Of a stretch of DNA of 64,000 nucleotides, positions 19,093 through 26,712 are shown in pieces. The stretch lies in IMG/VR virus record IMGVR_UViG_3300017754_000635. The stretch is one strand, 5' to 3'. The translations under genes and the position numbers were made by a program. The notes beneath the pieces are model-generated. The model searched no databases. It was given only the letters and a program-made list of their open reading frames with translations, and was not told the origin of the DNA. Within the stretch, counting starts at the first letter, position 1. Every line of letters starts with the position of its first letter. This DNA is from an uncultured virus (IMG/VR IMGVR_UViG_3300017754_000635) (taxonomy: Duplodnaviria > Heunggongvirae > Uroviricota > Caudoviricetes).

Positions 19093-21360
19093 TTAGGCGA
19101 TAAGCCCTGATTCTTTGAGATAGCTTCTGAGATAGCGAGTCTCCGAGCGTTGGGTAGGGTCTGCGATGAACCGTATGAAGCGTTCAGTCGAGAGGTTGAA
19201 GCCCGCAGGTGACGCAGGGGCAGTGAAGTTGACGACAGCGTTAGCGAACTCCAATGCAGCCATCAGCGACCCATGCTTCAACGTACCCTTGAAGATGCGG
19301 AACTCGACAGTCTTGTCGTTCTCAAGGTTCAGTGCGTCATAGCGGTCGATGGCGTAGTGCGCTTTGCCCATCTGCTTGTCACGGATGCGAGCGTAGTTGG
19401 TAGCATAGCGACGAGCGACAGCCTTGACCAACGGCGCATTGTCAGGATGGTTGATGAACACGTTCATGCGGTTGAGCTGCAAGTCATGCAGGTTCTTGCG
19501 AGAGACATGGACATGAAGACCGCAGGTCGAAGTGTCATGCGAGCGCAGATGCCTGACTAGCTCTTTGTCTTGCAGCCATTCCCAGAAGTCTGCATGAGTG
19601 TCGAGACCCATCGGGTTGGTAATCATCTCGAAGCCAGAGTCAGACAGCGAGCCATCGTTCTCGAACCAGACCTTGCGACCGATCTCACCCTCGTTGAGTG
19701 TGTTGTTCAAACGCTCGACTGCATCGAACCTATCGGAGCGGCACTCGATCTCAAGCTCGACACCGATGAACCTATCGTTACGCTTGACCCAGTCAGACTC
19801 GATGAACTTGAAGCCATGACGCTTGGTCGAATGATACGAAGCGATCAACTCCGCACGATACTCGTAGTCACGATGGCGATGGCGATCCATGTTGTCGTCA
19901 TACATAAACTCTTCGTCATTCTCGTGGATGGTCACCTCGTCGCCGTAACGATCAATCGCAGTAACAGCTGCCCCACGATAGATGTAGTCATCGTAGTAGT
20001 CCGAGTACACATAGTCGCTGTTCAAGCATGACCGGCACACACCCTCGTCGTGGTTGTACGGTGTGCGAAGCGCATCCTCCAACTCCCAGTCACCGCAGTC
20101 CTGACACATGGTGTAGCCATTGCACTCCAGATGGTCAGTCATTTCATCGTGGTCATTGGTTCCGAGACTAAGCAGACTGTCCAAGATAGAGCGCACATGG
20201 TGCAGTCGCATACTGTCTGCGCGGCGCAGACGACCACGAGCCATTGCATACTCCAGCGCGAACAAGCCCTCGCCTGACTTGGTTGAAACGTCAAGCAGGA
20301 AGTCAAAGATTAGCTTGCGTACTGCATCGCGCACCTCGGCATACGTATCGCGCATCCCGTTGTACTCAGGCCAGAGCATATGGAAGTCAGTGTTGTTGGC
20401 ACGAACTACTACGTCTTCCTGAATCTCAGAGATCATCTCGATGACACGGTCATGCCTGTCAGGGCTTGCGGTGATGCTCTCCATGCTGTTGGCGATAGCG
20501 TCAAAGAAGCGTTGCAGCGTAGCGCGCGCTGCCGCAACCTCGCTGTCTGGATACGCACCGGTTGGGATGCGCGGAGCCAGCATCGCACTCTGCACTCTGT
20601 TGACTGCAAGCACAAGCACTGCGTGTTTCAAGCGAGTCATCATACGGTCGCCTTGCATGATGCGAGTGCTGAACTCATACGGCAGCGGATGCCGGTATTC
20701 CAGGTTGATGTCCATCGCTGCGCGGTGGTTTGCTACGAGTGCTTCACTGATTGTGTTGAAGCTTGACGCTTCGATTAGTAGTTCTTGCATAGCTTCCTCC
20801 TGTGGTTGGTTGGTACTACGGTGGTACTCGGTGATGCTTTGCTGCTCGGTGCTACTCTGACTCATGAAGATGTAAGTCTTGTATGACGGCACTATTGTCG
20901 GCACGTTGTCGTCGAGCATCACGCCCTCGTATCTGGGGTGGCTTGATGATTCCCGTGATGTGAAGCGCCAGTTGGACTCGTACTCTTGCTCCCACCCAAA
21001 CCCGCCAAAGCCGTCAACGCTGTTGGCTCTGTATATTGCTGTTTGAATTATCCCGCTGGCCTTGCGCTTCTCGAGCATCAACCTGTCAAGCAAGGGCAGG
21101 TAGACAACAAGCTCTACGGCATCGGACACAAACAACTCGCGCAGACCGAGGAACTGATCTGATTGATGAATGCGATGCAGGGTAGGGCGGTAGTCGATGG
21201 GCGGCTCGTTTGTTTCAGCCACTATGCGTTTGCCTTGCAGCCAGTCGCTTAACTGGGGCGAGGTCATGGTGATGATTGAGCCGAGCGAGTTTTGCGGGAG
21301 CCAGTAAGGGGCTGGCGAGTGCATATCGTAGATACGCGGGCTTTCATAGATCATAGGCAT
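19093..21360 (-). CDS. COOH-NH2 ligase (amidoligase, glutamine synthetase/GCS fold) with long N-terminal extension
   Basis: IGVELEIE, NDGSL...FEMIT, CGLHVHV and TVEFRIFKGT; Zn-ribbon CQDC...CRSC. Probable internal start at 20790. Confidence 0.85.
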   Translation of the reverse strand: MPMIYESPRIYDMHSPAPYWLPQNSLGSIITMTSPQLSDWLQGKRIVAETNEPPIDYRPTLHRIHQSDQFLGLRELFVSDAVELVVYLPLLDRLMLEKRKASGIIQTAIYRANSVDGFGGFGWEQEYESNWRFTSRESSSHPRYEGVMLDDNVPTIVPSYKTYIFMSQSSTEQQSITEYHRSTNQPQEEAMQELLIEASSFNTISEALVANHRAAMDINLEYRHPLPYEFSTRIMQGDRMMTRLKHAVLVLAVNRVQSAMLAPRIPTGAYPDSEVAAARATLQRFFDAIANSMESITASPDRHDRVIEMISEIQEDVVVRANNTDFHMLWPEYNGMRDTYAEVRDAVRKLIFDFLLDVSTKSGEGLFALEYAMARGRLRRADSMRLHHVRSILDSLLSLGTNDHDEMTDHLECNGYTMCQDCGDWELEDALRTPYNHDEGVCRSCLNSDYVYSDYYDDYIYRGAAVTAIDRYGDEVTIHENDEEFMYDDNMDRHRHRDYEYRAELIASYHSTKRHGFKFIESDWVKRNDRFIGVELEIECRSDRFDAVERLNNTLNEGEIGRKVWFENDGSLSDSGFEMITNPMGLDTHADFWEWLQDKELVRHLRSHDTSTCGLHVHVSRKNLHDLQLNRMNVFINHPDNAPLVKAVARRYATNYARIRDKQMGKAHYAIDRYDALNLENDKTVEFRIFKGTLKHGSLMAALEFANAVVNFTAPASPAGFNLSTERFIRFIADPTQRSETRYLRSYLKESGLIA

Positions 21361-21414
21361 GATGATTCTCCTTGTAGTTGTACTTCGTGGTTGTGGTTGG
21401 TTCTGTTAACTCAG

Positions 21415-21639
21415 TTACTTCATGTAACCCAGATACTGGATTTGCCGCTGGTGGTGCGCGATCTTCTCTTCGAGTATGTCCATCTCCTTTCTCAGGTTGT
21501 TGATCTGTATGCGGTAGAGCGTTGCTCTGGCCTCGATGGCCGCGTTCTGGGTTGGCTGCGGTTGCAGGTCAAGGTTTAGTTGGGTTTGGCTGTTCAGTTG
21601 TGCTTTGAACTGCGCGACTAGCTTTTCTGCTTGGTTCAT
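21415..21639 (-). CDS. hypothetical coiled-coil protein
   Basis: TTGGAG RBS; Gln-rich. Confidence 0.6.
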   Translation of the reverse strand: MNQAEKLVAQFKAQLNSQTQLNLDLQPQPTQNAAIEARATLYRIQINNLRKEMDILEEKIAHHQRQIQYLGYMK

Positions 21640-21753
21640 GTTGTTGCTCCAATAAAAATGGGGAGCGGTTGCCCCCCGTTGAGAAAGAGACTGACACCCG
21701 TCAGCCTCGCAGAAAACTCGGTTACGGTATGTAACTGAGTTAATAAAAAGAAA

Positions 21754-22665
21754 TTAGTCCTCATGCCAGTACGCATCGAACTGATCCAACGTGGGTTGCT
21801 CGACTGATTGGTTGCTCGGCCTTGCTTGCCAGTCTGGGTCGGCCTCGCGCATGGCGGTTGCCCTCTCCTCTGCGGATATGTACCGGCTCCACGATGGGTG
21901 AAGCTTCTCGGTAAAGGGCTTGCCCTCCACTTTGGTCAACGCTATTTGAATCAGGGAAGCCTGTGCTTCTTCGAGCTGTCGCGTACCTGCCGGTGATCTG
22001 TCGATCACATCGAGCAAGCCATTGAGTTCATTTGTCCATGCCTGACGCACCTCATCGTGCTGCCGCTTGTTGCGGTTCGTTCTGTCCGGCACACGTTGGA
22101 ACAGCGGGGTCATGCGCCGCGCACTGGGGTTCTGAATGGCATTGTGCGCTTGGCGTAGCTTGACCTTCGTATCGTTGTACGCCCAGTCAACCCACGACAT
22201 ACCCCATTCAGGTTCAACCGTAGTCATGGGCGGGGTGTGGTGTTGCCGGTATGCTTCGACAGGTAGTAGCTTGCCCGCTTGATAAGTACGCAACAACCCA
22301 AGCGTTCCACGCAAGGATTCAGCATACGGTTCATATACAGATAGCTTCTCCCGCTCACGCTGACTGTCGGTCTGGGCGATCTTCTTTCGCATGATTGAAA
22401 GCCTCGATGCAATGGTTGCCTGTTCGCGCAGCAGCGGCTCGATCACCTTCTCCCACTCTGCATGGAACGCACCTTTAACCTTCTTCTTCTCACGAAGTTC
22501 CTCACGTTGTTGTTTAACTTCTGCTGCGATCTTCCGCACATAAGCCTCGTCATACATGAAGGAACCATCGCTGTTCTTGCGGGCGTTGAGCATGGTGATT
22601 AGCTCCTTGTGGGTCATTCGGATGTACGATTTCTTCTTTGGGTTAGTCTTTTTTGCAGTTGCCAT
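21754..22665 (-). CDS. hypothetical helical protein
   Basis: Long ORF; start placed at MATAKK after AGGA. Confidence 0.7.
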   Translation of the reverse strand: MATAKKTNPKKKSYIRMTHKELITMLNARKNSDGSFMYDEAYVRKIAAEVKQQREELREKKKVKGAFHAEWEKVIEPLLREQATIASRLSIMRKKIAQTDSQREREKLSVYEPYAESLRGTLGLLRTYQAGKLLPVEAYRQHHTPPMTTVEPEWGMSWVDWAYNDTKVKLRQAHNAIQNPSARRMTPLFQRVPDRTNRNKRQHDEVRQAWTNELNGLLDVIDRSPAGTRQLEEAQASLIQIALTKVEGKPFTEKLHPSWSRYISAEERATAMREADPDWQARPSNQSVEQPTLDQFDAYWHED

Positions 22666-22692
22666 CGGTTTTGTCCTATAAGTGAAATAGAC

Positions 22693-22993
22693 TTTTCGGC
22701 GCATCTGGACACAGGCAAAGTGTAGTATCCATGCGGGTTCTCAGGCGATTGCGGAGGGTTTTGTCCACAATTCCTTGCTTTGCACACACCTAAGCTCGCC
22801 AGCCAGATGTGAAAGTAAATAGTAATACAAAAAAGCATAAAGGCAAAACCTAATGTTTACTTTCACTTGTTCCCAGAGGCCTTAGCTATTTTTAAATCAA
22901 GGAAAAATGGACACACTCATATATATATCTATAAGAAAGTAAGTATATATGAGGGTTTTCGCCTGATTTTTTTGTGTCCAGATGCGCCGAAAA
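22693..22993. repeat. nested long inverted repeat (candidate replication origin)
   Basis: Perfect 21-bp IR 22693-22713/22973-22993 plus inner IRs sharing one centre at 22837/22838. Confidence 0.8.
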
Positions 22994-23025
22994 ACGTATT
23001 GCACTTCTGGACACTCGGACAAGGC

Positions 23026-23196
23026 TTAACTTTCTGAGAACATGGCGCTGAAAGCATCACGCTCACGCTGCGTGAGTGTCTCCCAGTCTTGCTTTGGCTC
23101 GGTTACATCGTGTAACTGAGTTTTGCGCTTACGTACTTCCTTCTGCTTCTGAAAGCCTACGCTGATGAGTGCCTGTTCGAGTTGGTTGTTACGCAT
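23026..23196 (-). CDS. small hypothetical protein (56 aa)
   Basis: MRNNQLEQALISVGFQKQKEVRKRK...; AAAGGAG RBS. Confidence 0.55.
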   Translation of the reverse strand: MRNNQLEQALISVGFQKQKEVRKRKTQLHDVTEPKQDWETLTQRERDAFSAMFSES

Positions 23197-23198
23197 GG

Positions 23199-23348
23199 TC
23201 ATTCTCCTTTTGAGTTGAGGGTTGCTACTGTGTATTCGACAAGCCAGTATGGAAGGCGTGTTGCCCAGATGATTAGCTCGGTTGGTACGCCTGCTTCGAT
23301 CAGCTCGACCATTGCGTCAAGCTGCCCGTCTTCGAATGGTTCAATCAT
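23199..23348 (-). CDS. small hypothetical protein (49 aa)
   Basis: MIEPFEDGQLDAMVELIEAG...; GAGG RBS; coupled. Confidence 0.55.
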   Translation of the reverse strand: MIEPFEDGQLDAMVELIEAGVPTELIIWATRLPYWLVEYTVATLNSKGE

Positions 23349-23527
23349 TATTTACCTCGGATGATGTAGTTGAACTTGTTGGTGATGACAACTACGCCGA
23401 AGGTATAGCCGATGATGCCCAGATAGCTGACGTTCTCTAGCAGTTCGGGCAGGGTGATGGCTATGCAAGCAGTCGCGGTGATTGCGCCGAGCAGACCGGC
23501 CAAGCGCAGGGATTTTTCGTTTTGCAT
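23348..23527 (-). CDS. small 2-TM membrane protein (59 aa)
   Basis: MQNEKSLRLAGLLGAITATACIAITLPELLENVSYLGIIGYTFGVVVITNK...; GAAAGGA RBS. Confidence 0.55.
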   Translation of the reverse strand: MQNEKSLRLAGLLGAITATACIAITLPELLENVSYLGIIGYTFGVVVITNKFNYIIRGK

Positions 23528-23543
23528 GATGTTTCCTTTCTGG

Positions 23544-23624
23544 TTAGTAGAACAGAGCGAGAATCCCGCCGATGAAGGCGAGGGTGAGAAAGTAGAACGT
23601 GGTGATGTGGATTTTGCGTTTCAT
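23544..23624 (-). CDS. 26-aa membrane peptide
   Basis: MKRKIHITTFYFLTLAFIGGILALFY; GAAAGGA RBS. Confidence 0.5.
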   Translation of the reverse strand: MKRKIHITTFYFLTLAFIGGILALFY

Positions 23625-23722
23625 GGGTAGTTCCTTTCTGGATTGACAGACAGCAGAATCCGCGAGAGGGGTTGATTCTCTCGCGGTGACGGGGAAAAAC
23701 TCGGTTACACAAAGTAACTGAG

Positions 23723-24112
23723 TTACCAAGCAGCCAAGATTTTCTCGAGCTGCGCTTTCGTATACCGCGCCTTCAATGCCTTCGCTGCTTTCTCGGCGTT
23801 GAACTTCGGCTTGGCCTTCTCATCCTTCATGACTGCGCCAACCTTCGGTACGGCGTACAGAAAAGCAAGTACGCGGTAGACAGCCATGTATGCCGCGTTA
23901 CCCTTCGGGGTAGAACGATCGAAGCTCGCATCACTGCGCTGCGTCTTCTTCAGCGGCGCGCCGTACTTCTTGCTCGCCCACTCCATGCAAAGCGGATGCG
24001 CGTCATCCTTGCAGCCAATGCCCAACTCCATCAACTGCGTGGCGAGCGTGACTGACTGATCGTCTGCTGCGTCAAAGACAGCGAACACTGCGGTTTTGTT
24101 GAATTGCGTCAT
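23723..24112 (-). CDS. first early gene, hypothetical basic protein
   Basis: Start at MTQFNK with TTGGAG RBS; flanked by two operator palindromes. Confidence 0.65.
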   Translation of the reverse strand: MTQFNKTAVFAVFDAADDQSVTLATQLMELGIGCKDDAHPLCMEWASKKYGAPLKKTQRSDASFDRSTPKGNAAYMAVYRVLAFLYAVPKVGAVMKDEKAKPKFNAEKAAKALKARYTKAQLEKILAAW

Positions 24113-24200
24113 GATTGTTCTCCAAATAAAAATGCACTCGGTTACACGATGTAACTGAGTGCGGCATCGTCGTGAGCTGCTGCCCCGAACCGATGACTCT

Positions 24201-24209
24201 ATTATACCA
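24201..24209 (-). promoter_or_regulatory. extended -10 early promoter
   Basis: TGGTATAAT (TGnTATAAT) on the minus strand, 40 bp upstream of operator 24136-24160. Confidence 0.55.
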
Positions 24210-24416
24210 TACACGTCATTTCAGAACCCTTGACAGAGGGAAAGCAGACCCCACCATGCCCCCACCCCATCAAACTAGGCAGCGGCGGGGCTTCGCCATA
24301 TAACACTATTCCCCACACGCTCCACAACTTTTCTTAATATTTTGTCAACTACCAAAACCCAAAAATTTTTTATAAAAATCCCATCAAGCTTTGTCAAACA
24401 TTAGACAGGCTCCCAT

Positions 24417-24447
24417 AAAAAAAGCCCCCGGAGATAAAGCCGGGGGC
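24417..24447 (-). terminator. intrinsic terminator
   Basis: 8-bp GC stem followed by TTTTTTT on the minus strand. Confidence 0.75.
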
Positions 24448-24526
24448 CGAAAGCACACGGGGGTGTGCGCTCATTGCTTCTTCCAACCACGGAAGCGCCA
24501 TCGTGTAGGAGATGTACACAATGGCA
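24417..24526 (-). ncRNA. candidate ~110-nt antisense sRNA with three hairpins and an intrinsic terminator
   Basis: Promoter TTGTAC-17-TATACT (24561-24533); hairpins with loops CAUCUCC, GUGGUU and CCCC; then GCCCCCGG/CCGGGGGC followed by U7. Confidence 0.6.
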
Positions 24527-24532
24527 AATTTG

Positions 24533-24561
24533 AGTATATACTCCGCCCAACTCGGGTACAA
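24533..24561 (-). promoter_or_regulatory. sigma70-like promoter; palindromic AGTATATACT also gives a plus-strand -10 upstream of the terminase genes
   Basis: TTGTAC-N17-TATACT on the minus strand; TATACT at 24537-24542 on the plus strand. Confidence 0.5.
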
Positions 24562-24576
24562 GTCCCCGCACTGCCT

Positions 24577-25191
24577 ATGCTTGAGCACTTGATTGATGAA
24601 GTTGTATTAACCCCCGACGTGCTTACCGCGCCGGAGGGCAAACTTGTCTCCAAAGCAACTCCCCAAGAAGTAGTTGACGCGCAAATCGAAACGGCCAAAT
24701 GGCTAGAAGAACTGGGCTGCGCCGACGACTCCGATGTGTTTGATCAGATCCAAGAGAACAACGCCCGCGATGCCTTCGCCGCTATGGTGTCAAACGCCCC
24801 ACCTGATCAGCAAAAAACCCAACTGGTACGAATAAATACCCCACAGGCCGTAAAACATCTGGTCGGTATGCTAACTGCGTACGACTGGCACTTTGTCGAA
24901 CAAGCCAAAGAGATTCGCGGCTACGCTGTGGCCCAGCTAGTCGAGGAAACCAAGCACCCAGACGCAAAGATCCGGCTAAAAGCCTTGGAGTTGCTGGGTA
25001 AAGTCACCGAAGTGGCGTTGTTTACTGAGCGCGTTGAGGTTAAAAAGACCGAACTGTCCGACGCAGAGCTGGAAGACCGCATCAAAGACAAGCTTGAGCG
25101 TATGGCAAAGATCATCGACGTGACGGACGTGACCGAGGTCGAGGTAAAACCAGTGGAGGACAGCGGTGAACCTGACGAAACAGGAAATTGA
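24577..25191 (+). CDS. putative terminase small subunit
   Basis: Directly upstream of and overlapping TerL; RLKALELLGK motif; start placed at MLEHLI. Confidence 0.65.
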   Translation: MLEHLIDEVVLTPDVLTAPEGKLVSKATPQEVVDAQIETAKWLEELGCADDSDVFDQIQENNARDAFAAMVSNAPPDQQKTQLVRINTPQAVKHLVGMLTAYDWHFVEQAKEIRGYAVAQLVEETKHPDAKIRLKALELLGKVTEVALFTERVEVKKTELSDAELEDRIKDKLERMAKIIDVTDVTEVEVKPVEDSGEPDETGN

Positions 25192-26704
25192 TGCGCTGCA
25201 AAAGATCCTTCCGACGCTCTCGCCGACGGAGAAAGCCGAGTTATTGGCTGATTTGGAGGAAAGGGCGACTCGTGCGGCTAAGAAAGCTGCTCAAACTAAC
25301 ATGCTCGGCTTCGCTACGCAGGTTTATCCGGGGTTTAAGATCGGCCCTCACCACCGGAAGTTAGCAAAAGTCTTCCAAGACGTTATCGACGGCAAGAAAA
25401 AGCGCGTAATTATCAATATTGCGCCGCGTATGGGTAAGTCGGAGTTCTCCTCCTACCTGTTTCCTGCGTATTTCCTTGGAAACTTCCCCGAAAAGAAGAT
25501 CATCATGGGCACCCACACCGCTGGCCTGTCCGAAGACTTTGGTCGTAGGGTCCGAAACTTGCTTGAAAGCGAGGAATACCGTGAGATTTTCCCCAAGACG
25601 CAGGTCGCTGACGATCAAAAAGCTGCTGGTAAGTGGTCTACTTCTTCTGGCGGTCAGTATTACGCTGCCGGTGTTGGCGGTGCTCTGGCTGGTCGCGGCG
25701 CGGACTTGTTCGTTATTGACGACCCCCACTCAGAACAGGATATGAAGGCCAACTCACGGCTTGCGTTCGACAGCGCGTGGTCGTGGTTCCAGCAAGGTCC
25801 CTTGCAACGTCTGATGCCGGGCGGTGCGATCATCGTAATCATGACCCGCTGGTCGCTGGTGGACTTAACCGGGCGGCTTATTGACTTTTCCATCAAGAAC
25901 CCCGATGCTGACCAGTGGGAAGTGATCGAGCTTCCTGCCATCTTCAACGAAGACACCGAGGACGAGAAGAGCCTGTGGCCGGAGCAGTGGCCTCTGGACA
26001 TGTTGAAGGCGAAGAAGGCCAACATGGACCCGCGTTATTGGAACGCGCAGTACATGCAAAACCCAACATCGGATGCGTCCGCTGTTATTTCCCGTGGAGC
26101 TTGGCAAGTCTGGGAGCATGAGCGCCCGCCTGAGTGCGAGTTCGTGATCCAGAGCTGGGATACCGCGCACGAGACCAAAACCACCTCCGACTACAGCGCC
26201 TGTACAACATGGGGTGTTTGGTACAACGAAGAGGACGGCAACTCCCCCAACCTCATTCTGCTCGATGCCTTCAAAGACAGGATGGCGTTCCCTGAACTTA
26301 AAGCAACGGCACTAAAGCATTGGAAGGAGTGGGAGCCAGATGCGTTCATTGTGGAGAAAAAGGCAGCAGGTGCCCCACTTATTCAAGAACTACGTGCAAT
26401 GGGTATTCCGGTTCAAGAGTTCACGCCCTCGCGTGGCCGCACTGCCGGCTCCACCGACAAAGTTGCGCGATTAAACGCCGTCTCTGACTTGTTTGCCTCT
26501 GGCAAAGTGTGGGCACCAGATACACGTTGGGCACGGGAAGTGATTGAAGAAGTAGCAGCCTTCCCGGTTGGCGAGCATGACGACTATGTGGATACGGTCT
26601 CGCAAGCCTTGCTGCGCTTCCGTCAGGGCGGTTTCATTAACCTGCCGTCGGACTACCAAGACGAGCCGAGCTTCTTTCGGCGTAAGACACACGCTTATTA
26701 TTAG
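25166..26704 (+). CDS. terL: terminase large subunit
   Basis: APRMGKS Walker A, VIDDP Walker B, MTRW; nuclease motifs SWDTA and HDDYVD. Confidence 0.95.
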   Translation: MNLTKQEIDALQKILPTLSPTEKAELLADLEERATRAAKKAAQTNMLGFATQVYPGFKIGPHHRKLAKVFQDVIDGKKKRVIINIAPRMGKSEFSSYLFPAYFLGNFPEKKIIMGTHTAGLSEDFGRRVRNLLESEEYREIFPKTQVADDQKAAGKWSTSSGGQYYAAGVGGALAGRGADLFVIDDPHSEQDMKANSRLAFDSAWSWFQQGPLQRLMPGGAIIVIMTRWSLVDLTGRLIDFSIKNPDADQWEVIELPAIFNEDTEDEKSLWPEQWPLDMLKAKKANMDPRYWNAQYMQNPTSDASAVISRGAWQVWEHERPPECEFVIQSWDTAHETKTTSDYSACTTWGVWYNEEDGNSPNLILLDAFKDRMAFPELKATALKHWKEWEPDAFIVEKKAAGAPLIQELRAMGIPVQEFTPSRGRTAGSTDKVARLNAVSDLFASGKVWAPDTRWAREVIEEVAAFPVGEHDDYVDTVSQALLRFRQGGFINLPSDYQDEPSFFRRKTHAYY

Positions 26705-26712
26705 GACACAAC

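Larger units (their letters stand above)
21409..24160. repeat. dispersed 25-bp palindromic operator-like repeat ACTCGGTTAC-N5-GTAACTGAGT
   Basis: Copies at 21716-21740, 23097-23121, 23699-23723 and 24136-24160; inverted degenerate copy at 21409-21433. Confidence 0.85.

Noticed and set aside
21409..24160. CRISPR array from the 25-bp palindromic repeats
   Set aside because: Copies are hundreds of bp to >1 kb apart, with genes between them and variable centres. There is no cas operon; the Cas4-like nuclease is a replication-module gene.
24420..24525. CsrA/RsmA sponge on the plus strand (GGA in hairpins)
   Set aside because: The U-tract, promoter and G-U pair all favour the minus strand, and only one ANGGA is present. 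Not fully excluded.
24391..24576. N-terminal extension of the terminase small subunit in the ORF track
   Set aside because: TTG start without an SD, running through hairpins and promoters; ATG 24577 is more plausible.
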